Positions 10,366 through 19,889 of a DNA stretch of 61,218 nt are shown piece after piece. Origin of the DNA: a virus (Duplodnaviria > Caudoviricetes); IMG/VR virus record IMGVR_UViG_3300042934_000627, positions 1-61,218 of that record. One strand, given 5' to 3'. A program made the translations under genes and the position numbers. How positions within the stretch are numbered: position 1 is the stretch's first letter; every line of letters begins with the position of its first letter. Under the pieces are notes generated by a model that was given only the letters and a program-made list of their open reading frames with translations, did no database searches and was not told where the DNA came from.

Positions 10366-11013
10366 ATGGCGATTGAATTTTGGCTAATTAACGGCAGTAC
10401 GCGTTTACGCCTACCCGTTAACCCACCGTCATTGAAATATACATCACCGTTTGGGTACGAAGAAGTTACGGTTGCTGGGCTTGGCGAAACATCAAATATT
10501 GGCTATCGCGGACAAAAGGAGTTTACAATTGAGACGTTTTGGCCAAAAAAGTATAATCCTATTTATTGTAGTTATTCAGGATTTATTTCGCCCAATACGT
10601 TTGTATCTAAAATGGAATCGTGGCGTAACGCGCGTAAGCCAATTCGTTTCCTTGTAACAGGAATCGGAGGGGCTAACTGCAAAGTTACTATCCGTGATTT
10701 TACGATTGATGCAGAAAAGTTCGGAAGTCCTGGCGATATTTACTTTTCACTTACATTGAAGGAATACCGCGAGATTAAGATTAAGCATGTTACGATTTCA
10801 TCGCCGAAAAAGAAAGCAAAATCACGGCCAGCTGCGGTTAAAAAATCTAAGTCGAAAACATACACGGTGAAGAAAGACGATTGCTTGTGGAAGATTGCAA
10901 AACGATATTACGGGAGTGGGTCACAGTGGCGAAAGATTTATAACGCGAACAAGTCGAAAATTAAAGATCCACACTGGATTTACCCTGGTCAGAAGTTTGT
11001 GATCCCATCATGA
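10366..11013 (+). CDS. LysM-domain tail/baseplate protein (XkdP-like)
   Basis: LPVNP N-terminus, LKEYR, C-terminal LysM (YTVKKDDCLWKIAKRYYG...IYPGQ). Confidence 0.9.
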   Translation: MAIEFWLINGSTRLRLPVNPPSLKYTSPFGYEEVTVAGLGETSNIGYRGQKEFTIETFWPKKYNPIYCSYSGFISPNTFVSKMESWRNARKPIRFLVTGIGGANCKVTIRDFTIDAEKFGSPGDIYFSLTLKEYREIKIKHVTISSPKKKAKSRPAAVKKSKSKTYTVKKDDCLWKIAKRYYGSGSQWRKIYNANKSKIKDPHWIYPGQKFVIPS

Positions 11014-12455
11014 GCATATCAGTCGCGTACTATTCAGATAGCAACATCTATTATGTAACAGAGTTAGTAACGTCGGTTAAGTGGTCTGGTGATACAACGC
11101 AAGCACAGCGAGACTGTGAAATTGATCTAGCGAATACGAAAAATGGGACGACTAAAGCGATCAGCTTTACGTTAGGCAAAGAGATACGATTTTATGACAG
11201 TGGCACCGAGGTTTTTCGCGGGGTCATTTTTAACGTTGATATAAAAGACACCGGCGACACCACCGTTACAGCACACGATTATAACTACTATCTTACGCGT
11301 AATACTGATTCGCTAAAGTTTACGAAAATGAAGGCGTCGCAAATCGTTAAATCGATCTGCAAGCGATTTGGCATCGATTATGGGACAGTTGATGATACCG
11401 GCTATGTATTTTCAAAGCTGATTTTTCGGGACAAGACAATTTACGATATGATCGTGACCGCGCTCACTGAGACGAAGAAAAAGAATGGGCGTACGTTTAT
11501 TATCGGCAATGAAAAAGGTAAGCTTACGTTGCGCGAGCGTAAAAACCAAGTCAAGCAGCTCGTAATTAGCGATGGATCGAATTTAACAAGCGCAAGTTAT
11601 TCGAAGTCTATCGATGACCTGCGAAACTCAGTACGCATTACAGGCAAATCCGGCCCAGATAAAGCGGGCGTTACCGTTAGCGATTCCGATAACATTAAGA
11701 AATACGGATTGATGCGCGAAAAGAAGGACGAATCCAACAACACGGACGAAAAAAATAAATCCGTTGCAGACGCGTTACTCAAAGAGCTGAACAAGGTAAA
11801 AACGGAATCCAACGTTGATGCTATCGGTGATTCGTCGATCATCGCGGGTAAGCAGGTACAAGTAAGTGAAGCCATGACGGGAATAAGTGGTGGATTTTAC
11901 GTGCTGACCGATTCCCATACGTATACCCCGACGAGCCATACGATGTCGCTTAAAGTTTCGAAAACACTCGAACTTAACGAAATTGAGTACGAGCCACCGG
12001 ATACCACGTCGACTTCGAGCAGCAGTAAATCAACGACATCTGTTGCGAAGGACAATGGTGGCATCTTTATGAAGCCGGTAAATGCGCCAGTATCTAGCCC
12101 ATTCGGTCGTCGCAACGGAAAGATGCACCCTGGCATTGATTACGCGAAGTCGGGTACGGTGCCAATTTCTGCGGCTGCATCGGGTAAGGTTGTTCGTTCG
12201 TACCGATCGAGTAGTTATGGCGAATGTATCATTATTCATCACGTAATCAAAGGTAAAACGTACGAAACACTCTACGCGCACATGCGGTCAGGTTCGCGAA
12301 AGTATCACAATGGGCAAACGGTTAAGCGTGGCGCAGTGATCGGGTATATGGGCAGCACCGGCGATTCTACCGGCCAGCACTTACATTTCGAAATTAATAT
12401 TCCGGTATGGAATCCATCGCATTCGAACGCGGTTAATCCAGCTAAATATGTATAG
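11010..12455 (+). CDS. Baseplate hub (XkdQ-like) fused to M23 peptidase
   Basis: C-terminal HPGID, YAHM, STGQHLHFE M23 motifs. Confidence 0.85.
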   Translation: MSISVAYYSDSNIYYVTELVTSVKWSGDTTQAQRDCEIDLANTKNGTTKAISFTLGKEIRFYDSGTEVFRGVIFNVDIKDTGDTTVTAHDYNYYLTRNTDSLKFTKMKASQIVKSICKRFGIDYGTVDDTGYVFSKLIFRDKTIYDMIVTALTETKKKNGRTFIIGNEKGKLTLRERKNQVKQLVISDGSNLTSASYSKSIDDLRNSVRITGKSGPDKAGVTVSDSDNIKKYGLMREKKDESNNTDEKNKSVADALLKELNKVKTESNVDAIGDSSIIAGKQVQVSEAMTGISGGFYVLTDSHTYTPTSHTMSLKVSKTLELNEIEYEPPDTTSTSSSSKSTTSVAKDNGGIFMKPVNAPVSSPFGRRNGKMHPGIDYAKSGTVPISAAASGKVVRSYRSSSYGECIIIHHVIKGKTYETLYAHMRSGSRKYHNGQTVKRGAVIGYMGSTGDSTGQHLHFEINIPVWNPSHSNAVNPAKYV

Positions 12456-12466
12456 GAGGTGGCAAC

Positions 12467-12748
12467 GTGGACAAACGGTTAAAGGTTGAAGGTAGCGGGG
12501 CATCGCGCATGGTTCAGTTGATGCGTAAACACGGCTATAACAAGGACGTTGATATCGAAATCGGAACGGTCACTGCGCCACTTCCAAATATCGAAGTTAC
12601 GTTGAATGACGGCATCGCACTCGATAAAAACGATCTTATTATTACTCAAACAGCATCACAATCGGGGATCGTGGCCGATGACGAAGTAGTCATAATTGGC
12701 AACGAGGAATCGCAATTCTACGTTGTAATCGATAAGGTGGCGAACTAA
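12467..12748 (+). CDS. Baseplate protein (XkdR/DUF2577-like)
   Basis: IGTV..PLP, QFYVVIDKV; synteny. Confidence 0.75.
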   Translation: MDKRLKVEGSGASRMVQLMRKHGYNKDVDIEIGTVTAPLPNIEVTLNDGIALDKNDLIITQTASQSGIVADDEVVIIGNEESQFYVVIDKVAN

Positions 12749-13189
12749 ATGGCGCTAACCCCCGATAATGATACGGAATTACTCGATCAGGTCGATGAAG
12801 AAACTGCGGATGACAGTACGGCCGATCCAGGCCCATCGTTAACTTACGAGTTAAATTTCTATGATGGAACGATTGGCGATCTAATCGACGGTACAGACGC
12901 GCTAAAACAATTTATTTACAAGGCGATCATCACCGCGCGATCACGTTACCTTATTTATACAGATGACTACGGGTGCGAGCTCGAAGATTTACTCGGCGGA
13001 ACGTTGACCCCATCGTTACTCGAAACCGAAGTAGAGCGCATGGTGACGGAAGCATTAATTTACGATGATCGCATCGATGATGTAACGGACATTGTTTCAT
13101 CGCAAGTTGGCGATACGCTAACGATATCGTTTACGGTCGTTCCCGTAACGGAAGCACCGTTTGAAATGGAGGTAAACGTAGATGTATGA
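12749..13189 (+). CDS. Baseplate wedge protein (XkdS/DUF2634-like)
   Basis: RYLIYTDDYG.EL, EALIYDDRI. Confidence 0.85.
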   Translation: MALTPDNDTELLDQVDEETADDSTADPGPSLTYELNFYDGTIGDLIDGTDALKQFIYKAIITARSRYLIYTDDYGCELEDLLGGTLTPSLLETEVERMVTEALIYDDRIDDVTDIVSSQVGDTLTISFTVVPVTEAPFEMEVNVDV

Positions 13190-14237
13190 GAGTGAGACTG
13201 CCGAAGTGATTTTAGCGCGGATGCTCGAACGATTATCCGATTCACTTGATAAGCGCGAAGGGTCGGTGCTTGCTGATATTCTTTCGCCAGCTGCAATCGA
13301 AAATGAGCAGGCTTACGCCGAAATGGATAATGTACTAAATCTTGGATTCGCGGACACAACATATGGGGATTATCTTGATCGCAGATGTGCGGAGCAAGGT
13401 GTTACACGAAAATCAGCAACGCAAGCGATCGGATCGGTAACCATAACCGCTCAGGATGGAACATTTATACCGCAAGGAACACGATTAAGTACAAGCGATG
13501 TCACACCTATTTACTTCGTGACGACTGCGGATGCAACTGTAAGTGGAGCTACAGTAGACGTACCAATTGAAGCGGAGGTTGGCGGCGTTGACGGTAATGT
13601 CAGTTCTGGAACAATTGCACTCGTCATTGGCGACCTTGCAAGTATAATCACGGTAAATAACGCATCAGAAACTACTGGCGGTGTAGATGAAGAAACTGAC
13701 GAGGAATTGCTTGTTCGGTATCAAGAAAAAATAAGTCGCCCAATAACGAGTGGAAATCAATATCAGTATGAACAGTGGGCGAAAGATATATCGGGAATTT
13801 CAGACGCACGTTGTTACCCGGTGTGGAATGGCCCTGGAACGGTAAAAGTCGTTTGTATTGACGAAAATAAACTAAGCCCAGCGCAGTCAATACTCGACAT
13901 AGTATCTGCGAACATCGAAGCAAACAGACCAATCGGAGCGACCGTTACTGTTGTTGGAGTGACCGAACATGCAATCAATGTTTCCGCAACACTTACGTTA
14001 GCTGCTGGATCGGTATTGAACGATGTAATAACGGCAATAACCGAAAATATAACAGCATATTACGAAAGCATTTCATTCGTCGATCAGACAGTGCGGTATT
14101 CTAAAATTGCCAACGCAATTCTCGATACTGAAGGAGTAATCGACTATACAAATTTATTAGTTAATGGTGCAACAGGAAATATCGTATTGAATACTGATGA
14201 AGTGCCGATCATTGGTACCACAAACTTTACACAATAA
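13182..14237 (+). CDS. Baseplate J-like protein (XkdT-like)
   Basis: DKREGS, GGVDEETDEEL, SGN..QY..WA, PVWNGPGTVKV. Confidence 0.9.
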   Translation: MYESETAEVILARMLERLSDSLDKREGSVLADILSPAAIENEQAYAEMDNVLNLGFADTTYGDYLDRRCAEQGVTRKSATQAIGSVTITAQDGTFIPQGTRLSTSDVTPIYFVTTADATVSGATVDVPIEAEVGGVDGNVSSGTIALVIGDLASIITVNNASETTGGVDEETDEELLVRYQEKISRPITSGNQYQYEQWAKDISGISDARCYPVWNGPGTVKVVCIDENKLSPAQSILDIVSANIEANRPIGATVTVVGVTEHAINVSATLTLAAGSVLNDVITAITENITAYYESISFVDQTVRYSKIANAILDTEGVIDYTNLLVNGATGNIVLNTDEVPIIGTTNFTQ

Positions 14238-14248
14238 GGAGTGACAAA

Positions 14249-14641
14249 ATGGCATCAGCATTCAGTGAGTATTTAGAGAATGCATTACTAAATGCTACTT
14301 TGCGCGGAATTACTTATATAGCCCCCTCATCCGTATATATTGGATTATTTACGGGTGACCCGACTGACACGAGTATTAACGGGTTAGAAGTATCCGGAGG
14401 GTCATACGCGCGACAACCGGCTTTTTTTAACGAGCCGACTAAGGGGTCATCATCTACCTCAGGCGATATTTTGTTTCCGACAGCTACTTCCAATTGGGGT
14501 ACCATAGCATTTATCGGCATATTTGACGCAGAATCAGATGGTAACTTGCTATATGTAAGCCCGCTCATTATGGCAAAACAAATTTCTAGTGACGATCAGT
14601 TTAAGATATCCGCAGGTAGTATTACGGTTACACTCGATTAG
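14249..14641 (+). CDS. Tail/baseplate structural protein
   Basis: SEYLENALLN, EVSGGSYARQ, FPTAT.NWGT motifs seen in phage tail proteins. Confidence 0.65.
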   Translation: MASAFSEYLENALLNATLRGITYIAPSSVYIGLFTGDPTDTSINGLEVSGGSYARQPAFFNEPTKGSSSTSGDILFPTATSNWGTIAFIGIFDAESDGNLLYVSPLIMAKQISSDDQFKISAGSITVTLD

Positions 14642-14650
14642 GGTGGTGGG

Positions 14651-15280
14651 TTGATGGCAGTTATAACGATGGAATCAGTTTCCATAAAAGGAGCAGCAGT
14701 AATCGAGGCTTACCATACGGATCGCGATATTCAGCAGGATATCGTAGACTATTTACCGCGTTACTATAATGCGTTCCAACAAATAATGGGTGCTGCACTG
14801 ACGGAAGGAAATGAAAGTATACGCATGTTTGCGAAACTTCGTGAATTACTCGATCAATTTTACGTCATATCGGCAACATGGGGACTATCGCGTTGGGAGC
14901 AATTTCTTGGTATTACAGTCGACGAAAACAAACCGATTGATCAACGAAGATCCGTTGTCATTTCCAAATTGCGCGGAATTGGCGTAGCTAACGTCGCATT
15001 AATACAAAACGTAGCGGAATCTTACTTCGGTGGAGAAGTCGAGGTCGGTGAAGACAACGCAAATTATACGGTAGTTGTTACATTCGTAGGCGAACACGGA
15101 ATTCCACAAAATTTATCGGATATCGAAAATGCTATTCGTGAAATTGTTCCTGCTCACCTCGCGATCAACTACGTATTCACTTACATGACTTTTGGTGATT
15201 TGACGGGATACGGACTAACATTCGGTGATATTACTACTAAAAATCTAACGTTTTACGATTTTGGCCGTTACAAACAATAG
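14651..15280 (+). CDS. Baseplate/tail protein (XkdU/YmfQ, DUF2313-like)
   Basis: ATWGLSRWE, ISKLRG.G, PAHL motifs. Confidence 0.85.
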   Translation: MMAVITMESVSIKGAAVIEAYHTDRDIQQDIVDYLPRYYNAFQQIMGAALTEGNESIRMFAKLRELLDQFYVISATWGLSRWEQFLGITVDENKPIDQRRSVVISKLRGIGVANVALIQNVAESYFGGEVEVGEDNANYTVVVTFVGEHGIPQNLSDIENAIREIVPAHLAINYVFTYMTFGDLTGYGLTFGDITTKNLTFYDFGRYKQ

Positions 15281-15297
15281 ACGAAAGGAATGATTGA

Positions 15298-16095
15298 ATG
15301 ACGACTACCCAGCGATTAGGGATAACATTACCTGATGATTCAACAAACGCTACAACACAGTTCTTCATTGATCGATACAACGAAATCGACGCTAACGCAG
15401 CGAAAAAAAATGATCTTGATGCTCATATAGTACGAACAGATAATCCTCACTCAGTTACTAAATCACAGGTTGGGCTTGGTAATGTAGATAATACCTCTGA
15501 CTTGGATAAGCCAGTTTCGACGGTGGTTGCAGTACAGTTGGCGAATAAACAAGCATTTAAATTGACCGATGATAACGGATATGCAACGACAACGCCGGAT
15601 CTTAATGACATAACGGGAACAAAAACGATTGCCTTGAGTACAAGTGTTGTCAACCGTCCGTTTGATTATGGTACGGTTTTTCAGGTGTCAAATACAGATC
15701 AGACCAAAACGCAGATCGCAGTAGACAATTATTCAGGAACAACAGCAACACGTAGTTATAATTCTGGTGGTGGATGGTCATCATGGGCAACTAAAGCCAA
15801 TCAGTCAGATTTGTTATCAATGGTAAACACTGCTTCATTCGGATCAAGTGGTTGGTTTAAAGATAAAAAAACGGGATTATTGCTTCAATGGGGAACGATC
15901 AGTGCTACCTATACACCAACATACGTAGCCTTCCCAACTGGATTCCCAAACAATTGTTATTTCATTGGCATAACACCGAATCACGGCGACACAACTGCAA
16001 TTGCAAACGTTATTGATAAATCACAAACCGCTTTTCACATCCAAACTAACAAATCAAACAGCTTGTTTTATTTATGGTTTGCATTAGGTAGCTAA
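15298..16095 (+). CDS. Tail fibre protein
   Basis: NPHSVTKSQVGLGNVDNTSDLDKPVS repeat; C-terminal GLLLQWG...FPN...WFALG domain. Confidence 0.85.
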   Translation: MTTTQRLGITLPDDSTNATTQFFIDRYNEIDANAAKKNDLDAHIVRTDNPHSVTKSQVGLGNVDNTSDLDKPVSTVVAVQLANKQAFKLTDDNGYATTTPDLNDITGTKTIALSTSVVNRPFDYGTVFQVSNTDQTKTQIAVDNYSGTTATRSYNSGGGWSSWATKANQSDLLSMVNTASFGSSGWFKDKKTGLLLQWGTISATYTPTYVAFPTGFPNNCYFIGITPNHGDTTAIANVIDKSQTAFHIQTNKSNSLFYLWFALGS

Positions 16096-16111
16096 GAGAG
16101 GAGAATAAAAC

Positions 16112-16387
16112 ATGTATTTATCGGTTAATCAAGATGGAACGTTTAGCTTTAAAAGCCCAGAGAATAATCAGATTTTAGATACGGATATACTAATTTCAGA
16201 TGATATTTATGATCAATTTTTTCAGCAGCAGGCGCAAGGTAAGCAGTTTAAAATCGGCAACGCACACGGGACTACGTTTACCGATATTTTTGTCGAGTAC
16301 ACGCCCGTGATAGTGCCACATCCCCCATCCGTTGACGATAGGCTATCAGCCATTGAGTCCGCTATATCGTATTTCATGGAGGTGTGA
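16112..16387 (+). CDS. Tail fibre assembly-like protein
   Basis: Follows fibre; ends DRLSAIESAI. Confidence 0.55.
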   Translation: MYLSVNQDGTFSFKSPENNQILDTDILISDDIYDQFFQQQAQGKQFKIGNAHGTTFTDIFVEYTPVIVPHPPSVDDRLSAIESAISYFMEV

Positions 16388-16390
16388 AAA

Positions 16391-16519
16391 ATGTATGACT
16401 TTATTCTTTATCAGTGGCAGTTAAAAAAATTTACGGCAGATCAAGTCAATGCTTGCGTGACAAAAGGATATATTACGCAAGATAAAGCGGATACGATTTT
16501 AGCAACCTCACAATTCTGA
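16391..16519 (+). CDS. XkdX-like small protein (42 aa), not in ORF track
   Basis: MYDFILYQW...VTKGYITQDKADTIL; SD ggaggtg. Confidence 0.7.
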   Translation: MYDFILYQWQLKKFTADQVNACVTKGYITQDKADTILATSQF

Positions 16520-16537
16520 TGCTATTTAACAAACTTA

Positions 16538-16581
16538 TTGTTATACTCCTTATATTAAGCTTAATATAAGGAGTATAACAA
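16538..16581. repeat. Perfect 44-bp palindrome covering the RBS of the next gene
   Basis: ttgttatactccttatattaag|cttaatataaggagtataacaa. Confidence 0.95.
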
Positions 16582-16582
16582 A

Positions 16583-17191
16583 ATGATTAAGAATTTTATT
16601 TTGATATTGACTATTCTTTTGCCAAATGCTATCAAAATTGCGATTTACAGAAAACTTTTTAGCTGGAGTATTGGAAAAAATGTTAAGGTTGGCATATCAT
16701 TTATCAGTGCTCAAAGTGTGGAGTTAGATGATGGTGTAAAAATAGGGCATTTTAATATAATTAAAAATTTAAGATGCCTTAAAATGGGAAACGATAGTAG
16801 CATACTTAATTTTAACCACTTTAATCATGGAAAAAAAGAATGGATAAATTCATTTGAATGCGGGGAAAAGTGTTCAATAACAAGCCATCATTATTTTGAC
16901 TGTAGTGGTGGTATCGCTATTGGTGATGATATAATATTCGCTGGAAAATCATCACAATTATGGACGCATGAATTAAATTTTAATACACATAAACTAATAA
17001 TAAAAAGTATTGATATCGGGTCAAATATTTATTTTGGTTCATCGGTATTAATTTCTCCAGGTTCCAGAATACCATCACACTGTATTATTGCATTAGGGTC
17101 AGTAATACCATCTAAGTTAAGTTGCGATGAATGGAGTTTAATTGCTGGAAATCCAGCAATATTTAAGAAGACATTAAAAAATATAGAATAA
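16583..17191 (+). CDS. Hexapeptide-repeat (left-handed beta-helix) acyltransferase, AT-rich moron
   Basis: IGKNVKVG, IGDDIIF, WTHE, IGSNIYFG, IAGNPA motifs; markedly AT-rich versus neighbours. Confidence 0.85.
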   Translation: MIKNFILILTILLPNAIKIAIYRKLFSWSIGKNVKVGISFISAQSVELDDGVKIGHFNIIKNLRCLKMGNDSSILNFNHFNHGKKEWINSFECGEKCSITSHHYFDCSGGIAIGDDIIFAGKSSQLWTHELNFNTHKLIIKSIDIGSNIYFGSSVLISPGSRIPSHCIIALGSVIPSKLSCDEWSLIAGNPAIFKKTLKNIE

Positions 17192-17349
17192 ATTTGGAGA
17201 TTTATCTCAATTAACCACCACTGATAAACCTCTTTAGTAAACTCTAATAAAGAGCTTAGTGTGCATCTAGGCGCTACTACGCAACAACTAAATAATAAAT
17301 TATAGTCGCTCATGCGGCTCTTTTTTATTGCTAAAAAGGAGGTGTTCAC

Positions 17350-17574
17350 GTGGATGAATCGCAGGAAAAGTTAGAGGATCGCGTTGGCAGCATCGAAGAT
17401 AAACTACACACACTTGAGACACGGGTATCCGTAGTTGAAACGAATGTCACTGCAATCCTTACGCAACTCGCGGAGATTAAGTCGAATACAACGTGGCTAT
17501 TACGTATTGTAGTCGGGGCAGTTGTTGCAGCCGTGCTCGCGTTAATCTTTAAAGATACCGGCGCGTTCATGTAA
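17350..17574 (+). CDS. XhlA-like haemolysin/holin
   Basis: Coiled coil followed by IKSNTTWLLRIVVGA TM segment. Confidence 0.8.
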   Translation: MDESQEKLEDRVGSIEDKLHTLETRVSVVETNVTAILTQLAEIKSNTTWLLRIVVGAVVAAVLALIFKDTGAFM

Positions 17575-17597
17575 TTATACGAAAGGGGACGATAACA

Positions 17598-18890
17598 ACG
17601 AAATTAAAACGATTATTTGCGCCAATTGCGATTGCAATGGCGTTTTTATTATACCTACCAACGGCATCATTCGCGGCATCGCGGGTTGACTTCATCGACG
17701 TTAGCCATTGGAATAATTCGTCGGGTCTTCCGTTATCCTTTTACCAAACGTTAAAGGCCGGTGGCATCGATAGTGTAGTCGTAAAGGTGTCAGATGGCAC
17801 GAACTATATCGATCCATCAGCGAGTGTTAACGTAGCCAATGCGAAACAAGCGGGCATGATCGTCAACGCGTACCACTTCGCCCGATTGACGAGCAATGCG
17901 GACGCGACCAACGAAGCCAAGTGGTTCGATCGCCAGTTACGTTATGTTGGCTTCGATAAACTGCGCGATGGCATTGTCGTCGTGGATGTCGAGGTGCCCG
18001 CGGCAAGCCGTAATAAGCTAACGGAGTATACGAATACGTTCATTAGCGCGATGCACCAACTAGGCTACCCGACCGTCGATGTTTATACGGGATCGAGCTT
18101 CTACCTCGGTAATTTAGACGCGTCAAAGCTATCCGTTAAAGATCCGTGGCTTGCACGTTATAACGGTGGCACCGCAGAACCATCGTGGCTCAATGGAAAC
18201 AAAGGCGCGTGGCAGTGGGCAAGCGATTACCACTTCGCAGGCATTTCGGGCAACTTCGATGTATCGCAAGACTTCGCGGGCAAATATACGAATACTTATG
18301 TTACGCCGAATGCAACGCCAACTGGCGAGACGAAAAAGATCGGCAGTGTTTCGCTTGTTAACTGGATGAAGTCGAAGGGCATGGCGTGGTCATACGATGC
18401 GCGGACGAAGTTAGCCGTTAAGTACGGCATTGCGAATTATAGCGGTACCGCAGCGCAAAACCTCGCATTACTATCGAAGTTGAAAAGCGGTGTGAAACCG
18501 GTGAAACTCGTCAACGATGCGAATTACCTGCCGACATCAACGAAGAAGATCGTGCTCATGAAGAAAGCGTATCTCTATCGCGGTGTCGATTTCAAATCGA
18601 AGTATCGCGTTCGTGAGTACGCAAAAGGTACGAAATTTACCATCACCGGATATAAGCGATCAGCCATCGGAACCATTCGCCTGCGTACAAAATCAGGCTA
18701 CTACATTACCGCGAATAAAAAGTATGCGAAAGCAGCGAAGGCGTCGAAATCATCACGAAAGTATACGGTACGCGCCGGTGACGCGCTATGGTCGATTGCC
18801 CACGCGAAGCATACGACAGTGGTACGGCTGAAATCGTTGAACAAGCTTCACAGCAACGTAATTCATATCGGTGACAAATTGAACTATTAA
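17598..18890 (+). CDS. Endolysin: signal peptide + GH25 muramidase + cell-wall-binding domains + LysM; probable ACG start
   Basis: DVSHWN, VKVSDG, AYHF, DVE, WLARY, WQW GH25 motifs; C-terminal LysM; SD gaaagggg precedes ACG 17598 giving MKLKRLFAPIAIAMAFLLYLPTASFA. Confidence 0.9.
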   Translation, partial: TKLKRLFAPIAIAMAFLLYLPTASFAASRVDFIDVSHWNNSSGLPLSFYQTLKAGGIDSVVVKVSDGTNYIDPSASVNVANAKQAGMIVNAYHFARLTSNADATNEAKWFDRQLRYVGFDKLRDGIVVVDVEVPAASRNKLTEYTNTFISAMHQLGYPTVDVYTGSSFYLGNLDASKLSVKDPWLARYNGGTAEPSWLNGNKGAWQWASDYHFAGISGNFDVSQDFAGKYTNTYVTPNATPTGETKKIGSVSLVNWMKSKGMAWSYDARTKLAVKYGIANYSGTAAQNLALLSKLKSGVKPVKLVNDANYLPTSTKKIVLMKKAYLYRGVDFKSKYRVREYAKGTKFTITGYKRSAIGTIRLRTKSGYYITANKKYAKAAKASKSSRKYTVRAGDALWSIAHAKHTTVVRLKSLNKLHSNVIHIGDKLNY

Positions 18891-18904
18891 GGAGCGATTA
18901 ATTA

Positions 18905-19246
18905 ATGGACATTTCGAATTATATTGACACAGCAGTTTTCGCGGTGATTGGCGCATTGATTACGGCAGCATTTCGGTATGGTGTGCCAGTGATTATCGAC
19001 TTGCTGATTAAGCTTCACGCTGGGCAACTCGTTAAGGCAGCCGAAGCAATTTATAGTGGTAGCGGACTAGGCGATGCGAAGTATCAATTCGTTGCGGATG
19101 CGCTCGTTGCGTATGCCGCAAAGTTTCACGTTAAGCTCGACGCTACCCGTGTGAAAACGTATATCGAAGCGGCAGTGACCGATTTGCACGTTGCCATCAA
19201 TGGTGCCGTGAAACAGATTACAGACGCAACGAACGAAAGTAAATAA
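18905..19246 (+). CDS. Holin (LL-H type)
   Basis: One TM, VKAAE..Y....G..K, IEAAV motifs. Confidence 0.75.
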   Translation: MDISNYIDTAVFAVIGALITAAFRYGVPVIIDLLIKLHAGQLVKAAEAIYSGSGLGDAKYQFVADALVAYAAKFHVKLDATRVKTYIEAAVTDLHVAINGAVKQITDATNESK

Positions 19247-19347
19247 CGATTGACCGCGAGCGCGAACGAAAGTTTACGTTTGCACTTGCATACATAATAG
19301 TACCGCGGTAAGATGATGCTAACGATAAAATACGAATTGAAAACGGA

Positions 19348-19773
19348 GTGATTACGATGGGGTTCTGGAAAGAAGCGTTGCGCGAACGTGTAAATGTCGA
19401 AGTGCTGGCCGGTCACCCAACGAATGCGAAATACGTCAACATTGCGGGCGGTGATAAGCCTGGCGAAATCCTCGTCGAAGTTGGGCCGCGTACCAAACGT
19501 GCATATAAGCCGGACAGCATTCGGTGGTCGGAATCATCGACACGCAGCGGTGGAGCAGCGGCAGCAGGAGCAATTGCTGGTGGGCTAGTCGGTGGCGCAA
19601 TCGGTGGGATCGCAGGTGCCGCAGTTGGCGGACGGAAACGTGATAATTCGAAAGCTTACATTGACCTCGTAGATGCCGAAACTGGCGAAGAGATAACGTT
19701 GCACATTCGATGCAATGCCGCGCAATATCGGCAGATTGACGGATTGATTAGGAGAACGAAGATGGCGAAGTAA
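19348..19773 (+). CDS. Moron: glycine-zipper membrane-associated hypothetical protein
   Basis: GAAAAGAIAGGLVGGAIGGIAGAAVGG; own sigmaA-like promoter TTGCAT-N17-TAAGAT and terminator. Confidence 0.6.
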   Translation: MITMGFWKEALRERVNVEVLAGHPTNAKYVNIAGGDKPGEILVEVGPRTKRAYKPDSIRWSESSTRSGGAAAAGAIAGGLVGGAIGGIAGAAVGGRKRDNSKAYIDLVDAETGEEITLHIRCNAAQYRQIDGLIRRTKMAK

Positions 19774-19781
19774 ATAACGAA

Positions 19782-19818
19782 GCCCCTTACGATTAATTTC
19801 GTAGGGGGCGTTTTTTTC
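19782..19818 (+). terminator. Rho-independent terminator
   Basis: gccccttacga-ttaatt-tcgtagggggc followed by T7. Confidence 0.8.
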
Positions 19819-19889
19819 GTTTATCGAGTAAGTAAAAATAAATAGGAAAAATCTCTCATTTTGTCGTAGAATAGTAGACATGATGGGAG

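Noticed and set aside
15298-16095. Diversity-generating retroelement targeting the tail fibre
   Set aside because: No reverse transcriptase and no template/variable repeat pair noticed
16538-16581. Palindrome as protelomerase (telRL) site of a linear phage-plasmid
   Set aside because: No protelomerase-sized gene present; the only tyrosine recombinase sits beside a tRNA-type attP, and the palindrome contains an RBS
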